A stretch of 64,000 bases of DNA from an uncultured candidate division Zixibacteria bacterium (GTDB taxonomy: Bacteria; Zixibacteria; MSB-5A5; UBA10806): the NCBI GenBank assembly GCA_963817915.1, contig CAWFQL010000009.1, positions 192,001 to 256,000 on the forward strand. The letters are read 5' to 3'. The notes under the pieces are model-generated. The model searched no databases. It was not told the DNA's origin and was given only the letters and a program-made list of their open reading frames with translations. Shown here piece after piece: positions 17,463-27,170 of this stretch (positions are counted from its first letter, which is position 1; the number at the start of each line of letters is the position of its first letter). The position numbers and the translations under genes are program-made.

Positions 17463-19964
17463 ATGGCAGTTAACGATCAAAAGACAAATGCCCCTACTTC
17501 ATATCCATTCAAGGAAATAGAGCTCAAATGGCGAAAATTCTGGGAAGAAAATAAGCTTCATAAGACAGATTTTTCTAAGGCCGATAAAAAGCTTTATTCG
17601 CTTGTCATGTTTTCGTATCCGTCGGGAGACAAACTCCACGTCGGACATTGGTATAATTTCGCTCCCGCCGATACCTGGACGCGAAAGAAAAAGATGGAAG
17701 GCTACAATACCTTCGAGCCAATGGGGTACGATGCATTCGGACTGCCGGCTGAAAATTATGCCATAAAAACCGGCATTCACCCGGCTAAATCGACAAAAGA
17801 TAATATTGAATATATTCGCAAACAGCTCAAGGAAATCGGCGCCATGTATGATTGGGATCATGAGCTTTCGACCTGCGATCCCGAATACTACAAATGGACT
17901 CAATGGCTCTTCCTGCGGTTTTTTGAAAAAGGAATGGCGGTCCGCAAAGAAGCGCCTGTAAATTGGTGTCCATCCTGCAAAACCGTATTAGCTAACGAGC
18001 AGGTCGTCAATGGCCGTTGCGAGCGATGCGATACGCCGATTACAAGAAAAAACCTCAAGCAATGGTTTCTGCGGATAACCGAATACGCCGATCGCTTGCT
18101 CGATGGGCTCGACAAGCTCGATTGGCCGGCTAAGACAGTTACCATGCAACGAAACTGGATCGGCCGATCCGAAGGCACAGAGATTATTTTCAAGGTCGAG
18201 AAGTCGAATGAGAAAATCCCTGTATTCACAACCCGAGCCGATACTCTATTTGGAGTAACCTATATAGTTCTTGCTCCTGAGCATCCGATGGTCGAGAAGC
18301 TGACAACCGCTGAAAGCAAAACCGCTGTTAATAATTATATCGAGCAAAGCCGCAGACTTTCGGAAATCGATCGGCTTTCAACTGTCAAAGAAAAGACCGG
18401 TGTCTTTCTGGGCAGCTATGCTACCAATCCTATTAACGGCCAGAAAATACCGATCTGGATCGCCGACTATGTACTTTACTCGTATGGCACTGGGGCCGTA
18501 ATGGCTGTTCCCGGCCATGATGAACGAGATTGGGAATTCGCCACCAAATTCAGGCAGGAGATAAAACAAGTAATCGCTTCATCGGATGGGTCGATAGTCG
18601 ACATCTCCGGAGGAGCTTATGTCGAATACGGCAAAATGATTAATTCCGGCGATTTTAGTGGTCTGGATTCTGAAATCGGAATCAAGAAAGTGACCCATCA
18701 GCTTAAATCGGTCGGCGCTGGAGACTTTCGAATCACTTACAAGCTCCGGGATTGGTTGATTTCCCGTCAACGATATTGGGGCGCACCGATTCCTATAATT
18801 ATTTGTCCCAAATGCGGCGATGTTGCTGTCCCTGATTCCGATTTGCCTATACTTCTGCCCGAAGTCAAAGATTTCAGGCCAACAGGCGAGGGTAAATCGC
18901 CCCTGGCAAGCTCAGAAAAATTTGTCCGTACCAAATGTCCAAAGTGCGGGGGAGAAGCTGAGCGAGAGACTGAGACCATGGATACCTTTGTTGATTCCTC
19001 CTGGTATTTCCTGCGCTATGTCGATCCTCATTACAGTAAAGGCCCCTGGAATCCCGAATTGATCAAAAAATGGCTGCCGGTCGATATGTATATTGGCGGC
19101 GCAGAACATACGGTAATGCACCTAATGTATGCCCGTTTCTTCTGCATGTATCTGCATGATATAGGCTTATTGCCTTTTGCTGAACCATTTCTAAAGCTTC
19201 GCCATCAGGGTACAATCACCAATAAGGGCGATAAAATGTCGAAATCACGCGGCAATGTTGTTAGCCCTGATCAATTTACCAATCTCTTCGGTTCGGATAC
19301 CTTCAGGATGTACTTGATGTTTATGGGCTCATATAGTCTCGGCGGCGATTGGGATGATTCCGGCATCAACGGTGTCGCGCGCTTCCTCAATCGAGTCTAT
19401 CGCATCGTGATGACTTACAAAGATGAAATCAAGTCCCGAGGATCTTTGACCTATGAATCCATTAAGGACAAAGACCCCGACTTAAACCATCGCCTGAACC
19501 TGACCATCAAACGGGTTACTGTCGATATCGATAATCTCGATTTCAATACTGCGATCGCATCCTGCATGGAACTTGTTAACGATCTATATAAGATAACAGA
19601 CAATCAAAATGAAACCAAGCCCGATCTGTTTTACTATTCGATAAAGCAATTGATTTTGATTCTTGCGCCATTGGCTCCGCATTTATCCGAAGAGCTCTGG
19701 CATCAGATCGGCGGCAAACAGACTGTATTCACGCAATCATGGCCGAAATATAATGAAGCCGCTTTAGAGCAGGCCACGATTACCATGGTAATTCAGGTCA
19801 ATAGCCGCTTGAGAGGCAGCTTTAACGTCCCGGTCGATATCAATGAGGGTCAGCTATTTAAGCTGGCTAATTCAGATGCTAAAATTGCCCAGTATCTTGA
19901 TGGCAAAGAGATAGTCAAAAAGATATTTATTCCTGGAAAGCTTTTGAATATCGTCGTAAAGTAG
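17463..19964 (+). CDS. leuS: leucyl-tRNA synthetase
   Basis: MFSYPSGDKLHVGH, MQRNWIGRSEG, DWLISRQRYWG, KMSKS. Confidence 0.98.
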   Translation: MAVNDQKTNAPTSYPFKEIELKWRKFWEENKLHKTDFSKADKKLYSLVMFSYPSGDKLHVGHWYNFAPADTWTRKKKMEGYNTFEPMGYDAFGLPAENYAIKTGIHPAKSTKDNIEYIRKQLKEIGAMYDWDHELSTCDPEYYKWTQWLFLRFFEKGMAVRKEAPVNWCPSCKTVLANEQVVNGRCERCDTPITRKNLKQWFLRITEYADRLLDGLDKLDWPAKTVTMQRNWIGRSEGTEIIFKVEKSNEKIPVFTTRADTLFGVTYIVLAPEHPMVEKLTTAESKTAVNNYIEQSRRLSEIDRLSTVKEKTGVFLGSYATNPINGQKIPIWIADYVLYSYGTGAVMAVPGHDERDWEFATKFRQEIKQVIASSDGSIVDISGGAYVEYGKMINSGDFSGLDSEIGIKKVTHQLKSVGAGDFRITYKLRDWLISRQRYWGAPIPIIICPKCGDVAVPDSDLPILLPEVKDFRPTGEGKSPLASSEKFVRTKCPKCGGEAERETETMDTFVDSSWYFLRYVDPHYSKGPWNPELIKKWLPVDMYIGGAEHTVMHLMYARFFCMYLHDIGLLPFAEPFLKLRHQGTITNKGDKMSKSRGNVVSPDQFTNLFGSDTFRMYLMFMGSYSLGGDWDDSGINGVARFLNRVYRIVMTYKDEIKSRGSLTYESIKDKDPDLNHRLNLTIKRVTVDIDNLDFNTAIASCMELVNDLYKITDNQNETKPDLFYYSIKQLILILAPLAPHLSEELWHQIGGKQTVFTQSWPKYNEAALEQATITMVIQVNSRLRGSFNVPVDINEGQLFKLANSDAKIAQYLDGKEIVKKIFIPGKLLNIVVK

Positions 19965-20005
19965 GGCGGAGTCGCCAAAACATAGAGTTAGTGACTTCTC
20001 CCGCA

Positions 20006-20033
20006 AGTTTACATAATATATCTTATAGGACAT
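20006..20033 (-). other. dif site (XerC/XerD chromosome dimer resolution site)
   Basis: Minus strand ATGTCCTATAA-GATATA-TTATGTAAACT, 11-6-11 layout; right arm equals the Bacillus subtilis dif right arm; intergenic, at the gene-orientation switch. Confidence 0.88.
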
Positions 20034-20074
20034 TAGTGAAAGAAGCGGATTGCGCTTTCAGTCGTCAAAACCAC

Positions 20075-22252
20075 TAGACTACCCAGGGTATCTCGTGTCC
20101 CCCCGGTCCGGGTAGCTCGATCTCCAATGTCTCCGATGGCGGCCAGCTTTCGAGAAGCTGATTGCCTTCCTTTATATTCAAACGCATCTGAAGCGAATTG
20201 TTTTTGCTAATCGGTAATACCTTTCAGCGGGCATGACAGCTCAAGTAAATCTTTAAGGGCAAAGTCAAATCCTGTATGCAAATCATCATTGCCAACGATT
20301 TCCCCGCTTGAGCCCTGAATCGTCATTAACACTTTTCGTGTATCGAAAAATTCAATCTCAAAGGTGAAATTGGCAAATCGTTCGCGGCTTACGGTAATTC
20401 CCCGGTCGATCTTCAAATATAAATTATCCGTATCAAAACCAAACCAAATCCCCGCGATCAATCGTTCAGCCTTGTGCATGGTCGATCCGGCCTTCAGACA
20501 ATCGAAAAAGCCCGCCTGCTGCCATTCATAGTAATGCGTTAACTTGCCATCGATTATGGGAGTGATATAATCAATAGGTTTAGATACGTGCGCTGCCAGG
20601 AAGCTGGTTCGAATCGGCTGATATAGTGCCAGAGGCGGCTCCAAGCCTATAAAATGATAAATATTAGCCAGATGCGAGCGAAAAAGCCTGTCGAAATCAT
20701 CATTATTCGGCCCAACATGATCCTCGCCGAACCACCAACACCAATCTGAGCCTTCGGAGATCATGAGTTCTTTCCAGGCCAGTTTGAGCTTGTCCTTATC
20801 GTAGTCCGGATGGCTATTTTCGAAATCTACGAGGTCTCGACGTGCATCAAAGAGCAAATCCCAGGCGCGATTATCCTCGTCATGTCCAATCCACACGGAG
20901 AAATTGTGGTTAATCCAACTGCCGGGAAACAGCTTTTTCAATACCGGAAGCTTGTCGGTGGATTTCAGATAATCACCGAATGTTACCGTCTCGAGCCAGG
21001 GAGCATCGGCGATTCGTTTATATAATGCATCGAGAAAATCGTGTCCGTCATTCTTATAGTATTCCCAGGCATTTTCACCATCGAGCATTACTGACACGAT
21101 CGGGTTTTCTGCCTTTCTGGATATCAAATTCTTATGTATTGCCTCGAGTTTCATCATAAAATCAGCCGCCGCTTTGTCGCCATCCCAATTTGAATAGACA
21201 AAACCGATATTATCCGAAAGCGCATGATCTCTGAAAAATATTGATATCGAAGCTTCGTCTTTTTGAGCCTTATACGCTTTGTACAGATCGCCGCTGGAAA
21301 TAAGGCTGTTTTTGTCATCGGAACGGCTCGGAACTCCCAGGCTCTCGCTCAGAATTTCCTCATCCGTGGCTATCCAATTGATGCCGTATTTGTGCAGAAT
21401 CGGAATTATTTCCTCCGATACTGAGCCTTCCGATGGCCACATGCCTTTCGGCTCGCGTCCAAATAGATTACGGTACATCTCAACCGCGTCAGCTACATGG
21501 CGTTCGGCGTCTTCTGGATGCCTGAAGCGCTGCTTAGGCATCGGCGCAGTCGGCATTGCGGTAATGGCGGAATCAGTATCGCACAATAATGGCAATATCG
21601 GGTGGAAAAACGGGGTAACCGAAACCTCAATCTGACCATCATCCATTTTTCGCTTCAATGTTGGAATTATTCTGGAGATTATCCCCCGCTGTTCATCCAA
21701 AATCTCGCGCTTCTCCCCTTCCGTGTACTTCTCCCCTTTGGCTTCGAGTTCCTTAAGCCGTCCGGAAGCCTTGTACATGGGATCAATCCAGGCAAGATTG
21801 GCTAGAGTCTGCAAGTCACGCCATTCGAATTCTGTCCATTTGGCTAATGCGCTTTCGCGCTGTTTATAAAGGAAATTATATCGTTTATTTGGAGCAATCA
21901 GATGATCATAATTCGCCTGGAAAAATAGTCTCAAAATATCGCTTTTATCATCGTCGGAAAGCTGATCGGCCTGCTTCAGGGTCAGAGTCAAATTCTGCTC
22001 GATAGCCTTGCCGTCAGCATAGTCAATTATTTGCTCCAGCAATGATGGTACCATGTTGAATGTCTGCTTAATCTGAGGGTGTTGATCCAATATCTCAACC
22101 ATATCCAGATAGTCCTTAACGCCGTGCAAACGCACCCATGGCAAAAAGTACTCGCCGGTCAGCAAGTCCTTATAATATGGTTGATGTTGATGCCAGAGAA
22201 AGCCGAGTTTTAGAACCGGGCCGCTATATCTTTGACTGCCCGCCTGAGCCAT
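20075..22252 (-). CDS. glycoside hydrolase family 57 (amylopullulanase-like); C-terminus frameshifted
   Basis: WHQHQP, PWVRLH, WPSEG, LDGENAWE, EGSDWCWW; ORF stops at 20207 but a plausible tail (QMRLNIKEG...ESWPP) continues in another frame to about 20075. Confidence 0.88.
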
Positions 22253-22258
22253 TGGGAA

Positions 22259-22933
22259 TTAATAGCTTATTTCAGCCTTGAGGCGGCGAGCGTTATTCAC
22301 TTCCGGCGAATTTGAAAATTTCTTTTCAATTTCATCATATACTTCGATGGCAGATTTCTTATCTCCCGCCTTGGCAAAATTAATCCCAGCCTTCAGGAGA
22401 TGCTGAGGAGCCCAAATATTGTCATCCGGATAGAGACTCACCGCTTGTTTATAATATTTGCCGGCGTTGGCAAAATCACCTTTTGCCTCGTAGCAGGCCG
22501 CCATTCCTGTAGCCGCGATCGATGCCATCATATTATCAGATGAGTAATCATTCGAAATTTTCTTGAATCCCTCGAGCGCTTTGTCATAATCGCCCGTATT
22601 AAAATTGGAATTAGCCAATGTCAATGCCGAGAGCCTGGCAAATGAAGTCCCGCCGTAGTTGCTGACAAGCAGATTCATGTCGGATAATGCAGCGTCCTCT
22701 TGTCCCATGGCCGCTTCCATCTGACTGCGAATAAAGATATTCTGAGCCTCGTCGTTTTTGTTTGTGCTGCTGTATCTAAGTAAAACGATGGCGATTAGCG
22801 CCACGACAAATATAAGCCCGCCAATTATAAATGGTTTGGGATTCTTTTGAACATACTCAGTTGTCATGAAGGCAGTTGAAACCAATCTATCTTGTTTCAT
22901 TTGTTGCTTGGTAATTCTTTTTGACGGATTCAT
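22259..22933 (-). CDS. membrane-anchored TPR protein (YfgM-like)
   Basis: Single N-terminal TM helix followed by TPR-like helical repeats. Confidence 0.8.
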   Translation of the reverse strand: MNPSKRITKQQMKQDRLVSTAFMTTEYVQKNPKPFIIGGLIFVVALIAIVLLRYSSTNKNDEAQNIFIRSQMEAAMGQEDAALSDMNLLVSNYGGTSFARLSALTLANSNFNTGDYDKALEGFKKISNDYSSDNMMASIAATGMAACYEAKGDFANAGKYYKQAVSLYPDDNIWAPQHLLKAGINFAKAGDKKSAIEVYDEIEKKFSNSPEVNNARRLKAEISY

Positions 22934-23100
22934 TCTGTTCGCTCCTTATCTCTATTTAGACTGCGAATCTATAATAATATCGTCACAAGGGCAAGAAATA
23001 TTTACGTGTCTGTGTCGATTGTACCTGTTTATTTGCGTGTTTTTCCGCAATTGCACTGCGGTCAAAGCAAGCTTTGACACGCAAAATAACATTATGGCTC

Positions 23101-23319
23101 GTGGTGTCGGATCGCCTGATCACACGCATAAATGCATCGGTCGGGTGAGGCCACCCGACCTCACAGCAATTTACCGGGCGGCAGTCATCCTTGACTGCCC
23201 CAAAGTAATGCGCCCCGAAGGGGCAGCTGTGGACAGCTGCCCCAGTAGGAAAATAAAAAAGGCGGACAACCTGTGCCCGCCTCTATCATCAGTGGTGTCG
23301 GGTCGCCTGACCCGACACC
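23101..23319. repeat. mosaic REP array (GTGG, GTGAG and GGGCGGCAG families)
   Basis: Hairpins at 23101, 23137, 23176, 23215 and 23292, shared with the queC insert, 34953-35020 and 54486-54512. Confidence 0.88.
23255..23282 (-). terminator. intrinsic terminator of the porin gene
   Basis: aggcgggcacaggttgtccgcc plus TTTTTT on the minus strand. Confidence 0.65.
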
Positions 23320-23345
23320 GAAACTTCATTGTACCTTACTTTATC

Positions 23346-24680
23346 CTAAAAATACATACCGGCCGAAATCAAGAAGCGGCTGTACTTTTTGCTCAATCTT
23401 AAATGCCAGTGGCGACCTATAAATGATATTAGTATTGTATGAGTTTGAGCCGAATTGATAAGCAAGATCAATCCAGGCCTTTTCGAATTTGACACCCGTT
23501 CCGAAAGTGATTATAAAAGGCGAGACTTGATTGCCTTCTACCCTTGTGCCGGCGCTATCCAAGGAATTTAGCGCCTTAGCGACTAACGGCAATGTCATAC
23601 CACCCGCCCGGAGGGCGATTTTTGCGAAATCGGCATTGTAAGTGTATTCGGCGCCAAACCGCAACTGGGTCAGGTCTTGCCATTTGTTATTAAATGTAGT
23701 GTCGGAATATATCCTCGATTCCCATGATTCAGTAGTTTCTACCTTCGACATGGGCTTTATATCGGCGTCAAAATCAACAAGCAAATTTTCTATAGGCTTG
23801 ACCGAGATTCCAAAGGAATAGCTTAACGGATACTTGATTGTGGAAGTGATTCGTTCGATCGCTTGATAAAGTCGGAGGAGGTTCCGGAGGAACCATTGTC
23901 AATGAAGAAAATATAGTATTTTGTTTCAATTTGTACGGCGTATGGATCACGGCGCTGGCGCGTACAATATTGAATTCCCCAATTACGCCGATATCAAAAT
24001 TCAATCCGGAAAAATGCGAATTGTCGTGCTGCCATACATCGAATGTATCAGGAACAGAGTTTCCGGGCATGAATACCAGGGCACCTTTCGCGATAAATTC
24101 ATTATTTTCAAAATATCGCATATAATAATTGGCGGTGATTCCTACCCCGATACCTTCAGCCAATTTATTGGAGATCGCCGCGCTTATAGCATCCATTCCG
24201 CCGGTCTGAATAAATTTGTCCGGAGCGTCGTAATACAATGGGCGCATATATGTAAATCTCATATCGAGGATATTTCTAAAACCTCCACCGATTGCCCATT
24301 CTCTATCCATAAAGGTAACAGGCGCTACAAAGCCGAAATTATTAACAGGTGTATGCTTGCGATTAACTGTAAATTGATTAAAGTGAATTGTATCAGCATA
24401 AACGAAACCATGAAAAATTACTAAATTTATCGGATATCGATGAAAGCTGAAGGCCAAATAGAGTTTTGGTCGTGAATATCATGCCGGCGGGATTCCATGA
24501 ATAGGTCATTTCGCCCTCGGAAATTCCAAGATAGGCGTTCCCCATACCGGCGGCTCTGGCTCCGCCGCCTACGGTATTATATTCAAGATAATTACTGAAT
24601 GAGTTCTGTTGAGCGCTCAATGAGACCGTGAGAAAGATGAAAATCGAAAGCGATAGTAAAACACCAAAAAACCTTTTCAT
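23346..24680 (-). CDS. FadL/PorV-like outer-membrane beta-barrel, broken by ~3 frameshifts
   Basis: Signal peptide MKRFFGVLL; GARAAGMGNAY...WNPAG; joined fragments end ...ISAGMYF* (terminal Phe); ORF pieces 24393-24764, 23774-24457, 23341-23784. Confidence 0.8.
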
Positions 24681-24870
24681 TATCCCTCCAAATTGCGTAA
24701 TTGATTTTTCGCCATGCTTATTATTCCTGCGAGACCAAACATGCGATGATCTCGTTGACACCATTTTTCGCTCTCTTCATGCGAGCGGCTACAATACTAC
24801 AAAGCGGGTGAAATTTAATTCCCTTCAATCTTATATGCAAGCAGTTTTTTTAAACGGGTCTAATGTAAAA

Positions 24871-24944
24871 TACCCCCGGCCCGAATTGAACGGGCGACCT
24901 GCGGTTTAGGAAACCGTCGCTCTATCCAGCTGAGCTACGGGGGC
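24871..24944 (-). tRNA. tRNA-Arg(CCT), CCA not encoded
   Basis: Reverse complement gcccccgtagctcagctggatagagcgacggtttCCTaaaccgc...gttcaattc...gggggta folds as a cloverleaf. Confidence 0.95.
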
Positions 24945-25035
24945 AATCGTTTTCTTGTAGTAGATAAAAATTATTAGGTGATGTGTCAAGTGAATGTTGG
25001 CATATGAGTGGATTGCATGAATACAATCAGATGTT

Positions 25036-25539
25036 TCATACTTCTATTATCTCGCCCCAGGGAGATTCATCCAAATGAAGAAGACCGAAACTACAAGGCG
25101 CTCCACGGCCATCGGTCAAGCTGCCGGGATTGAAAAAAAGAGTCCCGTTGTCTTTTGAATGATGCGGGTGATGAGTATGGCCAAAAAGAGCTATGTCAAC
25201 TTTGCCGTTAAACTCTGTTTGAACATTATGAATAGTCTCGTCCGGCCCGCCGCGTCCGTGCATGAGGCCGATATTGAAACCATCAATTTCGATAATCTTA
25301 TTGCGCTTCAGTAATCGGCGCAGATCCGGGCTATCCATATTGCCGCAGACTCCGTCGAATTGACACAGTGACCGCAAATGCTCAACCGCTTCGAGGGTGA
25401 TGAAATCCCCCAAATGTAAAATCATATCCTCCCGGCTGATTTTTTTCGTAAAAAAATCCGGGAGGATTTGACCTTTTCTTAGATGGGTATCCGAGATCAC
25501 CCATATTTTACGGGATGATTCTCGACTACCATTTATCAT
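25036..25539 (-). CDS. YfcE-family metallophosphoesterase
   Basis: SDTH, HLGD, GNMD, GHTH, NPGS. Confidence 0.92.
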   Translation of the reverse strand: MINGSRESSRKIWVISDTHLRKGQILPDFFTKKISREDMILHLGDFITLEAVEHLRSLCQFDGVCGNMDSPDLRRLLKRNKIIEIDGFNIGLMHGRGGPDETIHNVQTEFNGKVDIALFGHTHHPHHSKDNGTLFFNPGSLTDGRGAPCSFGLLHLDESPWGEIIEV

Positions 25540-25631
25540 CTTATTTTCTTTTTATGACGATCTTTGCGTAGGCGTTTTTTACGCTTATGCGTTTTTATTT
25601 TATGTCGTTTACGTTTTTTACCGCTTGGCAT
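25536..25631 (-). CDS. small ribosomal protein bS22-like (AURKAIP1/COX24 domain), 31 aa; not in the ORF track
   Basis: MPSGKKRKRHKIKTHKRKKRLRKDRHKKKIR*; aggaag upstream; TGA overlaps the ATG of the next gene. Confidence 0.85.
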   Translation of the reverse strand: MPSGKKRKRHKIKTHKRKKRLRKDRHKKKIR

Positions 25632-25637
25632 TTCTTC

Positions 25638-25931
25638 CTACAATTTGTTTGACGCTGCATTCATTACAAGAATTTTAAATTCATTTGATGGCTTAAATAC
25701 CGGTATTTTTCTATCCGGGACAGGCACTACGTCGCCAGTGCGAGGATTGCGAGCCTTTCTCGCCTTTCTCGGCTTGATCTTGAACGTGCCAAATCCCCTG
25801 ATTTCAATATTGGCGCCACTCTCTAAAGTAGCCTTAATCGCATCCAAAAAAGAATCGACGGTGGCGGCCACGTCTGTCCTGGTAAGTCCGGTCTTTTCCG
25901 CCACCTGTTCAACCAGATCGGCTTTTGTCAT
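25638..25931 (-). CDS. HU/IHF-family DNA-binding protein
   Basis: MTKADLVEQVAEKTG, IRGFGTF, ARNPRTG, PVFKP. Confidence 0.95.
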   Translation of the reverse strand: MTKADLVEQVAEKTGLTRTDVAATVDSFLDAIKATLESGANIEIRGFGTFKIKPRKARKARNPRTGDVVPVPDRKIPVFKPSNEFKILVMNAASNKL

Positions 25932-25968
25932 TTATCCACCTCCTGCAATCTTGATTTTATTATTTGCC

Positions 25969-26190
25969 CTAATGTTTACATCCACCGCAATTATGACTGG
26001 AACATCCGCCGCATGACGATCCGGATGATGTCACCATCGCGCGGCCTTTTGACTGAAATCCAAAAACCGAAAATTTCTTTTCGACATTGCTTGTTCCGCA
26101 TGACGGACAAAATTGATCCTGACTACTGTTCCTTATCAATAACTCGAAATCTTTTCCGCAGCTATTACAGCAATATTCAAATATAGGCAT
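25969..26190 (-). CDS. FmdB-family zinc-ribbon protein
   Basis: MPIFEYCCNSCG...CPSCG...KKFS; Cys-rich tail. Confidence 0.9.
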   Translation of the reverse strand: MPIFEYCCNSCGKDFELLIRNSSQDQFCPSCGTSNVEKKFSVFGFQSKGRAMVTSSGSSCGGCSSHNCGGCKH

Positions 26191-26197
26191 AATGACC

Positions 26198-27115
26198 CTA
26201 TGGGATAAACCTATATTCCAATGATGGCACGTTATTACTGCCAGTTAGCATTCCCGGATCGATGCCGAATTTCTGCATCATCGCTTCCCACCATGTCATG
26301 CGAGTACGTCTCTCCTTGATCACGGTCGGATTATCTCCCAGATTGCACATCTCACCGGCTAATGATATAGCGTCCTGAAGAGTGCCAAGCTTGTCGACAA
26401 GCCCCAATTCCAATGCCTGACGTCCGGTATAGATCGAACCATCGGCGAGACTCTTGACTTCTTCGATATCCAGGCCCCTGCTGTCGGCGACGACATTGAC
26501 GAATTGATCGTAAGTATCATCGATTACGGACTGAAGCATTTTACGTTCATCGGAAGTCACTTCGCGGTCATAATTTCCGACATCCTTCATCTTGCCGGAT
26601 TTGAACACCTCTAAACGGACACCTACCTTATTCAATAGGCTATCGATCACGTGAAATGAGAATATCACACCGATAGAGCCGGTTATAGTTCCGGGATTGG
26701 CTACAATACTATCCGACGCGCATGAAATATAGTAGCCGCCAGACGCCGCTACCGATCCCATGGAGACAACTATGTGTTTGCCGCTTTCTTTATATCTGCG
26801 AAGCTGATCGTAGATCTCCTGTGATGCGGCCACTCCGCCGCCCGGGCTATCGACTCGAAGCACTATCGCTTTGATAGTGTTATCCTTTTCATATTTCGTC
26901 ACTTGCCTGACGACGTCATCCGAACCATCGATAACTCCATTGACTTCGATAAGCGCGATTTTACCGCCAAGCCCCTTTAAGGAAAAGCCGCTGTCTTGAG
27001 TCGCAAAATCCATCGACTTGGACATGCCCCAAAATAGGACCGCAAAACCAATGAAAAATACAAAAACAGAACCTAATATAATAACAATGATGATCTTATC
27101 CCTATTCTTTGCCAT
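26198..27115 (-). CDS. sppA: signal peptide peptidase SppA (36K type)
   Basis: DSPGG, AASGGYY, TGSIGV, KSGKMKD; N-terminal TM. Confidence 0.93.
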   Translation of the reverse strand: MAKNRDKIIIVIILGSVFVFFIGFAVLFWGMSKSMDFATQDSGFSLKGLGGKIALIEVNGVIDGSDDVVRQVTKYEKDNTIKAIVLRVDSPGGGVAASQEIYDQLRRYKESGKHIVVSMGSVAASGGYYISCASDSIVANPGTITGSIGVIFSFHVIDSLLNKVGVRLEVFKSGKMKDVGNYDREVTSDERKMLQSVIDDTYDQFVNVVADSRGLDIEEVKSLADGSIYTGRQALELGLVDKLGTLQDAISLAGEMCNLGDNPTVIKERRTRMTWWEAMMQKFGIDPGMLTGSNNVPSLEYRFIP

Positions 27116-27170
27116 AACTACCGAGCCGAATTTATTTTAAGAAGACCGTGATGTCAATTCATTTTTCCAG

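Noticed and set aside
22866..23402. 178-aa plus-strand ORF
   Set aside because: It reads through the REP array and overlaps genes on the opposite strand.
3293..24944. The two similar tRNA-Arg genes as att sites of an island
   Set aside because: Both are complete tRNAs with different anticodons, inverted, and enclose core genes; there is no integrase.
25564..26016. 150-aa plus-strand basic ORF
   Set aside because: It is the antisense shadow of the HU and bS22-like genes.
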